Shown here piece by piece: positions 9,343-19,758 of a DNA stretch of 64,000 nt. How positions within the stretch are numbered: the stretch's first letter is position 1; every line of letters starts with the position of its first letter. The stretch lies in the IMG/VR virus record IMGVR_UViG_3300030331_006142, positions 32,001 through 96,000 of that record; one strand, written 5' to 3'. Both the position numbers and the translations under genes were made by a program. This stretch comes from a virus. Under the pieces are notes generated by a model. That model was not told where the DNA came from, made no database searches, and was given only the letters and a program-made list of their open reading frames with translations.

Positions 9343-10689
9343 TTACTTAGTCCAGAGCTTAGTTAGTTTGCTAAAAACCTCTTCGTCTCTTTTTCCAAAG
9401 CGAGACTCATAAAGCATTTCTTCTTGTTCTGGTGTTTGAATCTTGGATTCATTCTTTGGTGCCTTACCGTCAGGACCTGCTCTGTCTGCAGCAGTGGCTT
9501 TGTCATAAGGTGGTCGGTTTTTAGCAAACTCTTCTTGTGACTGGTCAGCCTCTTCGAGTTCTTCAGTCTCTTCTAGGTGGTCTCGCTTGTACGCTTTATG
9601 GTCATCTCTCTTGTGTTTTTCAGCTAAAGAAGCGTTTGTAACTTGTATATCTTCTGCTGCAACATTTTCAAGAATGGTGCCGTCAGCCAGCTTCATGTCG
9701 TAGTGACTAATAAACCCGTTAGCGTCTGGTGCCACATGTTGGATTGCTTCTGCCATGGCAATGCTTCCGTTATGATTAACTCCGCCATGATGAATGCAGT
9801 AATGGCTTGCACCAAAAGCATCGTCTTCTTCTTTTACGGTTTTTTGCATGGGTGCTGCTGGGGCCACAGTATCGCTCGCGGCATCGAGACCACCTTTAGG
9901 AAGCGTCGTTTTGGGCTTGGTTCGGTCTTGCGCAAAACGCTGTGCTTGTTTGGCTGAAACAACAGCTCTGAGTGCCATCTCTGTGGCTTTATCATGTGCA
10001 GCCGCATGGTCCATAGCCGGCTTTCCGTCAGTACCCTTTCTATATTTTGCATATTTGCTAGCATAAATTTTATCGAATTGGGCTTCTTGTTTTTTAGTCA
10101 TACCAGTTGGAATTGGAACGTGCTTCGGTTTCCTGGCATTTATTCTTTTCGACCTCTCGTCTTCATTTATCACTTGGTTTTTGAGCCTTTCAGAAACTAA
10201 TTTTTTAATTAGATTCTTTAAAGTACTTTTGTTTATTTTTACAGACATATTTTTGTTCTCCTTTAAAAATTTTCTTTCTGCAACTGTAATTCTATATTGT
10301 AGTTTGTTATCTAGACTATCTTCCCAGTCCCGAAAACACATATTACCTTCTAAATAGGCTTCTTTCTCCATATTTCTCATATGTTGGTTATCTTGAGCAT
10401 AATTTTTTGTCATCATTCCTATTTTGTCTTGTGAGAGGTCACCTCGCTGGTTTTGACAGTGATGAACCAATTCATGTGATAATGACCTAAGAATATCTTT
10501 TGGGTGCCTCTTATGAGTAAATACAGTTACACTTTCGTTTTCAGGGTCGTAGTGGGCAGTCTTTCCTAAGATACAATCTGAATTTTCTTTTGAATCATCC
10601 AAAAATAAACTAGGTGGACTTCGGAATCCTAATCTTTTTTTGGAAAAAGACATCAAACTATTAATTAGTGGATTTAAATCAGATAACAT
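9343..10689 (-). CDS. HExxH metallopeptidase-domain protein with additional domains
   Basis: LRSLSHELVHHCQ...EKEA. Confidence 0.65.
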   Translation of the reverse strand: MLSDLNPLINSLMSFSKKRLGFRSPPSLFLDDSKENSDCILGKTAHYDPENESVTVFTHKRHPKDILRSLSHELVHHCQNQRGDLSQDKIGMMTKNYAQDNQHMRNMEKEAYLEGNMCFRDWEDSLDNKLQYRITVAERKFLKENKNMSVKINKSTLKNLIKKLVSERLKNQVINEDERSKRINARKPKHVPIPTGMTKKQEAQFDKIYASKYAKYRKGTDGKPAMDHAAAHDKATEMALRAVVSAKQAQRFAQDRTKPKTTLPKGGLDAASDTVAPAAPMQKTVKEEDDAFGASHYCIHHGGVNHNGSIAMAEAIQHVAPDANGFISHYDMKLADGTILENVAAEDIQVTNASLAEKHKRDDHKAYKRDHLEETEELEEADQSQEEFAKNRPPYDKATAADRAGPDGKAPKNESKIQTPEQEEMLYESRFGKRDEEVFSKLTKLWTK

Positions 10690-10715
10690 AAAAAATCTCC
10701 TACTAATATATAGTT

Positions 10716-11303
10716 TTAATCTTTTTGAATACCAATGAAAGTATTATAGTAGTTTTCTTCATTCTGTCCCCTGATGTTTTGAATTGTCCTCAAAGAAAAT
10801 CTAAAAGGAAGGTGTTCTGGCTTGGAGCCATTTGTTCCCCCTGTAAAATTGCTTTTCGACATTAGGGTTCCCATTGTGCCCCCTAATGATATATTCTTAT
10901 CTCCATCGGTGCCCCCAATAAGCTGCTTTAAGTTTACAACTTTTGAAGTGCCGATAATTGTTGGTACAATTGTGCCATTATGGCCATTGGCACTCTCAAT
11001 AGCTGTTTTGATTTCTGATGCAGCTTGGCTTTCATTAGTTAGGCTGTCAAGGTTGATTATAATTTCACTACCTTCCAAGCCCCCAGTCGCCAAGGAGGGG
11101 TCGTTTTTGAATACATACGTTTTAGATATACCTCTAGTATTTGTTAGGGTAAACGTTTTATTTTTAAGCGCAGATATAGAGCTCGGACTTGTTGAGACTG
11201 TTAAGCTACCTAAAGACTGAACAGGGTTTACTGTATATTCGTTTAGAGAGCCTGAGTGGAAATTTATAGTGTAATCATTTTCTATTATGTTGTCGTAACT
11301 CAT
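10716..11303 (-). CDS. Hypothetical Ser/Thr/Gly-rich protein, possibly structural
   Basis: 195 aa ORF; TAAATAGG motif on + strand upstream at 11311. Confidence 0.7.
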   Translation of the reverse strand: MSYDNIIENDYTINFHSGSLNEYTVNPVQSLGSLTVSTSPSSISALKNKTFTLTNTRGISKTYVFKNDPSLATGGLEGSEIIINLDSLTNESQAASEIKTAIESANGHNGTIVPTIIGTSKVVNLKQLIGGTDGDKNISLGGTMGTLMSKSNFTGGTNGSKPEHLPFRFSLRTIQNIRGQNEENYYNTFIGIQKD

Positions 11304-11328
11304 CGTAAGTTAAATAGGTAAAAATAAT

Positions 11329-12336
11329 TTAAATATGTTCTTTATCACCAGAAAAATATGTATCTAAATCTTCATTTACTTCTATATTCAACTTCGACTC
11401 AATCCAAAATTCCATATCATCCCGGGATGAAAACTCTAAAACATGAGGGCCATTGAACGCTCTCCACATGCCTATTTCATCTAATATATCCATTTTATTT
11501 ACAACGAGTTTATTTATTCCGTTAATTCGAGAAGCCATTTTTAACATATCGAAATCAAGCCAGTTAACTTGTCTTGGCCGGCCAGTCGTGGCACCGAACT
11601 CTTGACCTAATTCTCTAATCTCTTCAAAAACCGCATCAGGGCCTTCAAAATCCTTGGCACCAACATAGGTTTCATAAATCTTAGCAACACCCCAAACATC
11701 TCTAATACATTTTGGCGGAACTCCATTTAATATTGCTGAACCGACAGTACAATGAGAAGATGTTACGTAAGGGTAATCACCCCAGTCAACATCCAGCCCG
11801 AAGCCCTGGGCGCCTTCAAAGAGTATTTCGACGTCATCAAACTCATCATTTTCATAAAGCTCATGATATAAACTTATAATATAATCACTCAAGCGTGGGT
11901 CTTCAACTGCTCGAACCCCTCTTCTTCCGTATTTGTCCCGATAAGCCGGCCCGTTACCCCTTTTGGTTGTCCCGATATCTTTATCCTTTTTATCCTCTAT
12001 TCTATGAAAATCAGTAATAATATGAGCATTTGAAGACACATAAACTAAATTAGAAGCAGGGATTCCTGCTCTTTCTAATTGCTCTATTTCTTCCAAAAAA
12101 GTGTCAACATGCACAACGCAGCCGGGACCAATTATAGATTTGATTCCAAAAAAAACACCACATGGAATATGGTGTGTAATAAATTTTTTTCCTTCATGGT
12201 AGATTGTATGACCTGCATTACAACCACCGTTATATCTTATTACATGTGTATAATCATTTTTTCTACAAAGAGCGTGCGCGACTTTTCCCTTGCCGCAGTC
12301 TCCATACTGGAGGTCGACTACTATATCCGCTAACAT
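11329..12336 (-). CDS. purA: Adenylosuccinate synthetase (short form)
   Basis: QYGDCGKGK, GGCNAGHT, GTTKRGNGPAY, FEGAQG, YPYVTSS, GATTGRPR. Confidence 0.96.
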   Translation of the reverse strand: MLADIVVDLQYGDCGKGKVAHALCRKNDYTHVIRYNGGCNAGHTIYHEGKKFITHHIPCGVFFGIKSIIGPGCVVHVDTFLEEIEQLERAGIPASNLVYVSSNAHIITDFHRIEDKKDKDIGTTKRGNGPAYRDKYGRRGVRAVEDPRLSDYIISLYHELYENDEFDDVEILFEGAQGFGLDVDWGDYPYVTSSHCTVGSAILNGVPPKCIRDVWGVAKIYETYVGAKDFEGPDAVFEEIRELGQEFGATTGRPRQVNWLDFDMLKMASRINGINKLVVNKMDILDEIGMWRAFNGPHVLEFSSRDDMEFWIESKLNIEVNEDLDTYFSGDKEHI

Positions 12337-12548
12337 GTTTTTTCCTTTTGTTGGGGTTTAAAATTATTATACTTTAATCAAGTATTTCATTTAACAATTT
12401 TCTGGCTAGTTTTGGATTTTTTATATTTGATTTTATTAGATTTTCTAACCTATCTGTTCTATCTTTTAATTTGTTTGTTCGATGCAGCAATAAGCCACTG
12501 AAAAGCAAGTTAATCAGTATCAAACCTAAATCAAAAAATTCGTACATG

Positions 12549-14564
12549 CTACTGAACCTTACCCAATAGCTTTAAGCTTGGCCCTGTACCATCAATGACA
12601 GCAACTACATTTGCATCATTCCATGGTATATAAGTATCAAATGAAATCGGCTCAGGTGAGAGAAATTTCGCACGTCGCATTCTTATATCTCCAGGCATAC
12701 CCGGGGACCCATCTGGCAATGGTTTTCGAAAATCTGTGGGTTTTTTTCCTTTTGGCATTTGTAATATGTTAACAACAAAGCTGCCTTTTTTTGGAGCATA
12801 TGTTGTAGCAGAAAGAATAGAGTTTGAAATTTCATCCGCGGTTTTTCCTGGTATTCGACCAAAAGATGTTCGAATCATATTAGTGCCTGGTTTAATTGGC
12901 TCATCTTTGCCGGTAAGTTTGCTTTTTCTATGTGTAGATGTATACCTGCCTACCAAAAAACCAGTATCTTGAATATGTTTTTGTCGACCTGCTGCAGCGG
13001 CGCCGACCGACTTCCCGGTAAACGGACTTGTCATGCCAGAACTTCGCGCAGAAGTAACTATATGAATGTAATAATCATATTTTTCCGGATTTAACCTTTT
13101 TGATAAGCCCTTTACAAAAGCAGGGTTATTTAACGCTTCACTAAATTTAAGCTTTGTTAAGACTTCTGGAATCTTTTTTTGAAACTCTTGAGTTGCCTTT
13201 GCTCTGCTGCCTTTTGACGCTTTTCCGATAGCACTAGAAAGTTTTTTAATCTTTGCTGAAAGCTTGGTTGATAATTTGCCAACTCCCCCTATGATTGGCA
13301 CCATGGAGACACCTAAAATAACAAGAGTGGTCGCTTTGGCCAATCTAGTCAAAAATGATGCTTCTTCGGGTGTAGCTTTCCAATCATTGTAAGCTTTTTC
13401 GTATTCCGTCCAAGTTGAATCCTTTAGTTTGCCGGTTTCATAATCGGTTCCCATATATTGGCCTGTAATATCAACTAATACTGCTGCAAGGTCGAAGATT
13501 TCGAAGCTGGCTTTTTTAAAAATTTCAAAATCAAACTTTCCAAAACCTTCTAGTCTAAATTGCCCGGCAAAAGCCGCTCGTTCGTATGCAGGGTCACCAG
13601 ACATATCTTCTGGATTAAATTCTTCTTCTGGTTCTTCATATGGTACTTCTCTATCAATAGAAAAGCCGCCTTCTTGTTCATTTAGATTATTTTTTTTCTT
13701 TTCGATTTTACCCCACGGGGCCGGCCCGTTTGGGTCCAAAAGGTCCTCTAAATTATATTTCCCTTCAAACTCCATGTAATCTGATTCACTTTTTTCATTA
13801 AAGTAATCTTTTATGTACATCTCATTAAGGGACAGCATTTTATCATATGAGTTAATTTTTATATTTGATAGCCTTTTAAGATAATTCGAATTTCTAAGCA
13901 TCTTAAAAGCTAAATTCTCTGGAGAGTATACTCCCTCTCTCGAAAGGCCGGCAGAACGCATTTCTGATACCTTATTTTTAATTTTAGAGGCGTATTTATA
14001 TGTTCCCTCTGGGTCTTCTTCTAGGTGCTCTTCTAGGTGCTCTATTGCTTTCGCTAATGTTTCTGCTTTCTTTTCTGCATTTCTTAAATCAATATCAACA
14101 TCTTTCTGAGGCACTGGTTCAACGTTCCAGAGGTTTTTGGTTAAGGACCATATACCTTTTGATTCATGAGGCTCACTCGCGTCTTGAAAATAAAGCTCAA
14201 CTTCGTGACCTTTTATTTTAATATCGTGTGCTTTGTTCCAGTTAATTCTAGACTGGTCTAGCATTCTTTTTACTAATTCAAAGTTTTCATCAATTTCTTG
14301 AAAATCAAAAACAATATGAAGGTCTATATCTGAAAGTGGGTGCCAATTATACCCAGCAATCGAGCCAGTCACTATTATATCTTTAATTTTAGCATCTATT
14401 TCCATATTTTTAAGAATACTATCAGCTATTCTTAATAACGCTTCGGAAATCTCTGGCAAAAGCACTTTTTCATCCCAAAAATCTCTATGCATAAATTCTT
14501 TTGGCTTTAAAAAGCATTTATTTTTAATATTGTCTTTTTTTATGGAAACATTAATCATTTTCAA
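12549..14564 (-). CDS. Pol-beta-family nucleotidyltransferase fused to unknown C-terminal domains
   Basis: TGSIAGYNW..SDIDLH, VELY, ENLAFKMLR. Confidence 0.75.
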   Translation of the reverse strand: MKMINVSIKKDNIKNKCFLKPKEFMHRDFWDEKVLLPEISEALLRIADSILKNMEIDAKIKDIIVTGSIAGYNWHPLSDIDLHIVFDFQEIDENFELVKRMLDQSRINWNKAHDIKIKGHEVELYFQDASEPHESKGIWSLTKNLWNVEPVPQKDVDIDLRNAEKKAETLAKAIEHLEEHLEEDPEGTYKYASKIKNKVSEMRSAGLSREGVYSPENLAFKMLRNSNYLKRLSNIKINSYDKMLSLNEMYIKDYFNEKSESDYMEFEGKYNLEDLLDPNGPAPWGKIEKKKNNLNEQEGGFSIDREVPYEEPEEEFNPEDMSGDPAYERAAFAGQFRLEGFGKFDFEIFKKASFEIFDLAAVLVDITGQYMGTDYETGKLKDSTWTEYEKAYNDWKATPEEASFLTRLAKATTLVILGVSMVPIIGGVGKLSTKLSAKIKKLSSAIGKASKGSRAKATQEFQKKIPEVLTKLKFSEALNNPAFVKGLSKRLNPEKYDYYIHIVTSARSSGMTSPFTGKSVGAAAAGRQKHIQDTGFLVGRYTSTHRKSKLTGKDEPIKPGTNMIRTSFGRIPGKTADEISNSILSATTYAPKKGSFVVNILQMPKGKKPTDFRKPLPDGSPGMPGDIRMRRAKFLSPEPISFDTYIPWNDANVVAVIDGTGPSLKLLGKVQ

Positions 14565-14955
14565 GCTTCTCCAATACTTTTATAGCAATTTTTTCAAATT
14601 TTTTGCTTTGGTCCATCTCGCTCTTGCTATAAAAGCCATATTCTATATGCTCATCGCTTAATTTAATTTTTTTGTTGTTATATTTTGCAAAAAAGTAATA
14701 TCTATCTTTTTGTTTCTCAAAAAAAACAGGATTTTTAATTTTCAAACCAGTTTCTTCAAGAACTTCTCTTTTCAGGCCAGATATTAGATTTTCTCCCTCT
14801 TTTAAATGTCCGCCTGGCAAATCTAGTTCACCAGCAAACTTTTTGTGATAATCAGAGCGCCTTAAAAGTAAAACATCGTTGTTTTTGTCGATAATTACGA
14901 CCTTAGCAACAACATCAATATCTTTTTTGTCTTTGATTATTTGAACCCTCAGCAT
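14551..14955 (-). CDS. NUDIX hydrolase
   Basis: Nudix box PGGHLKEGENLISGLKREVLEETGL. Confidence 0.93.
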   Translation of the reverse strand: MLRVQIIKDKKDIDVVAKVVIIDKNNDVLLLRRSDYHKKFAGELDLPGGHLKEGENLISGLKREVLEETGLKIKNPVFFEKQKDRYYFFAKYNNKKIKLSDEHIEYGFYSKSEMDQSKKFEKIAIKVLEKLEND

Positions 14956-14966
14956 ACTTTAAATAG

Positions 14967-15305
14967 TTAGTTAATATCAGTTCTTAAATTTTCTAAATTA
15001 TCAGTTAAGAGCCTTCCTTCAGAGTAAACCTGCACAAAAGGGTGGTTTTCCCTAGAAGATATAACATCCATAATGTAAAAACACTCCATTACATCATCCA
15101 AAGAGACTGTTAGAATTTTATTGTTGTACAAAACTTCATAATCAAGCCTGAAGCCGCAATTATCTAGTAATTCAAAGTGATTTAGGGCATCCCAAATAAC
15201 CAAAAGATGGTCATCAGGGTGAAAAGAGTCGACCCACAAATCAAGTAAATCTTGGTGCGAAACATTATAAATAATTGGATTTATTGCTTTTGTTTTTTTG
15301 TTCAC
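14967..15305 (-). CDS. Hypothetical protein
   Basis: 112 aa ORF coupled to neighbours. Confidence 0.7.
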   Translation of the reverse strand: MNKKTKAINPIIYNVSHQDLLDLWVDSFHPDDHLLVIWDALNHFELLDNCGFRLDYEVLYNNKILTVSLDDVMECFYIMDVISSRENHPFVQVYSEGRLLTDNLENLRTDIN

Positions 15306-15787
15306 TTCGAATGCCTATCTGCAACAGATTGAGATGCCCATGCGTTAGGTTTTACCTTGCAAGAGAAACCATAACCTTGAACATACCCTGTTAACATATC
15401 TGAGAATTTAGAGGTTTTATGACTACTTCCAAACGGGGAAACGTCTAAATGTAACTCAATATTATTGGGTGAGATAGATAAGTCTTCTGACAATATTTCT
15501 GCTGTCTCTATAGAACGCCGCACTTCTTCTGTTATCCTAGAAGATAAAGTATGATATTTTTTTGAGGGTGTATATTCTCTATAGAAAAAGTATTTTGCTG
15601 GCACACCGGGTGATACAAGACACACAGCAGTTACAAAGCATATTCTTTTTTTTGAGGCGAAAGAATCTGAGCCTATGAAAATTTTATTTTCAGTTTTTAA
15701 ATAATTTGAAATAATATTGGCAATTTCTTTAAAGGAAAGTTGCTTTCCAGAACCAGTAATCCATCTTTTATTGCAAAGGGCCGTCAT
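15302..15787 (-). CDS. RNase H-like YkuK (DUF458) family protein
   Basis: IFIGSDS, RITEEVRRS, ELHLDV, VKPNAWASQSVAD. Confidence 0.85.
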   Translation of the reverse strand: MTALCNKRWITGSGKQLSFKEIANIISNYLKTENKIFIGSDSFASKKRICFVTAVCLVSPGVPAKYFFYREYTPSKKYHTLSSRITEEVRRSIETAEILSEDLSISPNNIELHLDVSPFGSSHKTSKFSDMLTGYVQGYGFSCKVKPNAWASQSVADRHSK

Positions 15788-17837
15788 TTTCTAACATCTT
15801 GTTCATTATAATGACTGCAAGTTCTGGCTTTTGAGCTATTATTTCTAATATATCCTGAAGAAGTTCTGTATCTTTTATTAGTATTTTGCAAAATTGAACC
15901 GCCTGCATTTTTGTTGTGTCGTTTGACATAGTATCACAAAAATGCTTCCATTGTGATAAGTTTTTTTGTTTATCATCTAAAACATCTTCACTCGGCTCTT
16001 GCAAATGGTGCCTTGAGGAGCGATAACTGCCATATATTGAATTAACTTCTTCAAAAGCTTCTTTTATTAACTTTTTGATATCATTTTTTGTCATGTAATT
16101 ACTCTCCTTGGTAGTCTTTGTCGCCGGTGCAGTAGGTGCAACAGCATCAGCTTTTTTTTCCTCTTCTTCTTCTCTCTGGAATAGCTCGGCCCGATTGGCC
16201 TCTTTGCAGAAATTAGGCATCATCATTTGCTCCATAGTCGTGTGCATGCCTCCAGAGCTACTCTTAAATGTGTTGTACACAGCCATGGCCGCCGAGGAAA
16301 TAGTTGGCGTTGTAATGATAAATGCCGGACCTTGTTTAGCGCTGTTGTTGAGGTGACCCAGTTTTTCACCATCGTATAATACCTCCCTATCTGTGGTGAC
16401 CTGGGCCTTGTAACCTTTAATAGCACTTTCATATGAGTCTTGCATTTTCTCAATGGTATTACTCGCTATCTTAAATTCCTCACTTTCCGGGTCGCCATTA
16501 TCTCTTATTGATAAAAGTTCCTGAAATCTCTGGTCAATATTGTAAGCAACTTTAATATACTCTTTGGTTAACCTGTAAAGCTCACTTGGGTGGGACTCTT
16601 TCTTTTCCTTGTTATCATTTCCTATGCTCACATATTCTATTTTCTTTTTTATTTTAAGGCTATTATTACTATATCGACCTGAAAATGGTCTTTGCTTATC
16701 TGGCTTTCTTTTGGATTCAACTCGACTATCAACACGACGGTAAAGGTCTATTGCTTCGTGCAAGGACCAAATATTGTAGAATGCCGCAGTAGCAATATTT
16801 CCACTATCACCAGCTCCTTTAGTCTGTTCTGATGATAAAATCTCGTCGCGTATGCCCGTACGCTGCAGCCTAACGTTTTTGATATTTCTGAACATGTGTC
16901 TGTATCTTTTATGGAAAATTATCTGGTATTCTACCCAATCACCAAATGTATCTTGGTTACCATAATCGTTTGTAAATTTGGCTTTTAAATTGAAAGACCG
17001 GTCTTTTGTTAGACAGTGCCCAGGAGGACAGTGACGAGAGTTGTAAAACAGATATTTATAAAACCGGCTTATATCTTCGTCTTTGGCGTTATCTTTAAGC
17101 ATAAGGTTTTGGAAAATACTGCGCGAGGTGAATTCTCTTGCCTGGCCAGGCGTCATGTTTTCAGAACCATCGGGATTTCCAAACGTAGGCACCCCAGGAG
17201 GGTTCCTCCAGACGGTTTTAAAAGATTTAAGTAATTCATCTTCCCCGAACCATCCATCTTTTTTGATTCTCGCGCGTGTTTTTTCCACCTGCCTTCGCCC
17301 ATCAATGCCGGAGAGTAAACTGAATAGGATTTCCATCTGGCGGTTTTTGTCTCCCTTCCATCTTGCAATGGAGTCCGAGGGAACTCTGGCATAATCTATC
17401 TTTTGAATCATGATTCCTGGTAAATTTACTGCATCAACGAGAAGGTTTCTCATTTTTGGGTCGAAATCACCTTCGCCTTCAGCGCTGCCTTCGCCTTCGC
17501 CTTCGCCTTCAGCTTCGCCTTCGCCTTCGCCTTCGCCTTCAGCTTCGCCTTCGCCTTCAGCTTCTCCTTCGGGTGGCTTCGGTTTTTTCTGCTGGGGTCT
17601 CTCTCCCGGTTTCGAGTCAGTTACAGGTGGCTTTTTTTCAGTGCCACCTTCAACACCTTCGCCATCTTCCGAGCCGGTGGTTCCGGAACCGCCAGAACCT
17701 TCTCCTTTGCGGCCTCTCCATCGCAGCCCATCCCCGCCACGTTCTTTTTCAGGATTTGAGCCGCGCCGGATACCTTTCGCTCTGCCTCTTTTGCCTGGCA
17801 GCCCTCTTTCATTTAGTAGGTTTTTAAATGCATCCAT
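15768..17837 (-). CDS. Large hypothetical protein with (EG/EA)n low-complexity tract
   Basis: 689 aa ORF; hexanucleotide tandem repeats near 17470-17570. Confidence 0.8.
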   Translation of the reverse strand: MDAFKNLLNERGLPGKRGRAKGIRRGSNPEKERGGDGLRWRGRKGEGSGGSGTTGSEDGEGVEGGTEKKPPVTDSKPGERPQQKKPKPPEGEAEGEGEAEGEGEGEGEAEGEGEGEGSAEGEGDFDPKMRNLLVDAVNLPGIMIQKIDYARVPSDSIARWKGDKNRQMEILFSLLSGIDGRRQVEKTRARIKKDGWFGEDELLKSFKTVWRNPPGVPTFGNPDGSENMTPGQAREFTSRSIFQNLMLKDNAKDEDISRFYKYLFYNSRHCPPGHCLTKDRSFNLKAKFTNDYGNQDTFGDWVEYQIIFHKRYRHMFRNIKNVRLQRTGIRDEILSSEQTKGAGDSGNIATAAFYNIWSLHEAIDLYRRVDSRVESKRKPDKQRPFSGRYSNNSLKIKKKIEYVSIGNDNKEKKESHPSELYRLTKEYIKVAYNIDQRFQELLSIRDNGDPESEEFKIASNTIEKMQDSYESAIKGYKAQVTTDREVLYDGEKLGHLNNSAKQGPAFIITTPTISSAAMAVYNTFKSSSGGMHTTMEQMMMPNFCKEANRAELFQREEEEEKKADAVAPTAPATKTTKESNYMTKNDIKKLIKEAFEEVNSIYGSYRSSRHHLQEPSEDVLDDKQKNLSQWKHFCDTMSNDTTKMQAVQFCKILIKDTELLQDILEIIAQKPELAVIIMNKMLENDGPLQ

Positions 17838-17858
17838 GATTAAAATTTCCTCTTTTCA

Positions 17859-19403
17859 TTATTTTTGCGCGCCAGGCCAAAGAGCTTTTTGTGCATCGCT
17901 TACAATTCCTCCATAATTTATAAGAGGTACCCAGTGCATGGCCATATCGGCATAATTTCGCGTCGTTGAGCTAAGAAATACTGTATGCTTCCTTAGTTCT
18001 GAAAGGTATTTCACATAATTATTTACAATCTTAGTACAATCTGAAACAACTTGTTTATCTGCAATTGATTTATTAAGGTGCTTTATGAAATTATTTAGCA
18101 ATGCTATGTGACCATCAATTTTTTTATTTATAATACTAGATTGGTTTGCCATAACAGAAAATTCGCCCGGGCGATTTGTCATTGCATTAAATTTGTTTTC
18201 ATCCCCTTTTTGAATTGTTTTGACACTCAATCTTGTGCCGGCCGGCCCTAAGTCCCCAAAACCTTCAGCCCATGTCCAGTTATAAAATGCCGCGCCAATC
18301 CCTAACGCTATGCTTTGTCTTGTTCTAAATGGTATCGCTCGAACTACTACATAATCCTTGCTTGCATACTTATCACTAGCAAACATGGGATAAAGGCAAA
18401 TTACAGCAAATTCACTATTAGTTGTCACGGGCGCGCCGACTGATGAGCCATAATTAGGCCAATAAAAATAAGGTATACCAATAACAAACTCTCCGCCTTC
18501 TTTCGCCGGAGCCAATGAACGTTCTATAGTTTTTACAACTAGTTTTTTATTTTTGGCATCATTTAATGGGTGCTTGTGAAAAAATTTTTGTTTTGGCGCT
18601 ACAGTCGCGCCCGGGGCCATACCACTCGAAATGTGAGAACTCTTGTTCGAGTCAGATACTCTTTTTGAGTGCATATTGTGAGAGACGTTAATAAAATAAG
18701 GTATTCTAGGTTTAATCAGACTTGCTTGTTGAACTAGATTCTCAGCAGCCGCTGATTGATAGTCGACTGCGCCCGGGCGCATTAGCACTCTTCTCACATT
18801 TTGGTAAACTTGGGAATATCCTTGTCTGCGGTACATATCTTCATAGGGTTCCGCGGCTGTTGTATCATAATCAAGCTTGGCGTTTGTCAGGCCGCTTGTA
18901 TCCTTATCTCTCGCGCTGAATGTTTCAGTTTCTTCATAATACTCATCATCCCAGTCGACCGGCTTCTCCCACCAATTTCTATTTTGAAGCGCCATAACTG
19001 TTTTTACTTTAACTTCATATTCACCATCAAGTCGAGCCCAAAACTTGGCGCCGCCTAGGCCTGTGATTCTCTGTGCAACGGCATCTGCCTTTGCTTTCTC
19101 TTTTTTGGTTCTTTCTGCTTTCTCTTTTGCTGCTTTCTCTTTTGCTGCTTTCTCTTTTGCTGCTTTCTCTTTTGTTGCTTTTGCGGCATCTGACTTAGCT
19201 GTGGTCTTGCTGGCGCCGGAACTTGAAGTGCCTGTCTTTTCCACCGCGGTACTGGTCGGCCCAGTACGTTTTGGCGTCTTCAAAGGCTTCTTATCGCGTG
19301 CTTTGCGCGCGCGCCTATCCAAATCGCTGGCCGTTGTGTCCGATGGGCTTTGTTCAAAGATTTTTTTTATTTCTTCTATAATATCTTTTCTTGAGTACTG
19401 CAT
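17859..19403 (-). CDS. Large hypothetical protein with KEKAA repeats
   Basis: 514 aa ORF; ACTAATTA motif at 19434-19441. Confidence 0.8.
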   Translation of the reverse strand: MQYSRKDIIEEIKKIFEQSPSDTTASDLDRRARKARDKKPLKTPKRTGPTSTAVEKTGTSSSGASKTTAKSDAAKATKEKAAKEKAAKEKAAKEKAERTKKEKAKADAVAQRITGLGGAKFWARLDGEYEVKVKTVMALQNRNWWEKPVDWDDEYYEETETFSARDKDTSGLTNAKLDYDTTAAEPYEDMYRRQGYSQVYQNVRRVLMRPGAVDYQSAAAENLVQQASLIKPRIPYFINVSHNMHSKRVSDSNKSSHISSGMAPGATVAPKQKFFHKHPLNDAKNKKLVVKTIERSLAPAKEGGEFVIGIPYFYWPNYGSSVGAPVTTNSEFAVICLYPMFASDKYASKDYVVVRAIPFRTRQSIALGIGAAFYNWTWAEGFGDLGPAGTRLSVKTIQKGDENKFNAMTNRPGEFSVMANQSSIINKKIDGHIALLNNFIKHLNKSIADKQVVSDCTKIVNNYVKYLSELRKHTVFLSSTTRNYADMAMHWVPLINYGGIVSDAQKALWPGAQK

Positions 19404-19445
19404 AAATTCCTCTTTTAGTAATTTTATACTAAATAATTAGTTTTC

Positions 19446-19739
19446 TTAACGCAAAGTAGGGTCTTTTTGAGTATTTTTTAGTTTTGGAAGAAAATCTTTT
19501 TTCAATTTCAATAATCTTTCAAATTTTACTTTTTGTTTCACATCAGTATATAAAACTTGGGGCTTTTTGTACTGCCCGTTGATTAAAAGGTCATCAAAAT
19601 TATAAAATTTCGTTTTAGGAGGGACTTTGTTTGAAGCTTTTATGTAAATTGGGTTAAATTCATAAAATTTCTTTTTTTCTTGCCCTACAGCCGCGGCTGC
19701 CCACATAAAAAACATCAAAAATAGTATAAAATTTTTCAT
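19446..19739 (-). CDS. Secreted protein resembling myxobacterial gliding protein CglF/GltF
   Basis: Signal peptide + FDDLLINGQYKKPQVLY...KFERLLKLKKDFLPKL pattern. Confidence 0.6.
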   Translation of the reverse strand: MKNFILFLMFFMWAAAAVGQEKKKFYEFNPIYIKASNKVPPKTKFYNFDDLLINGQYKKPQVLYTDVKQKVKFERLLKLKKDFLPKLKNTQKDPTLR

Positions 19740-19758
19740 TTTTTTATTTTTTTTCCTT

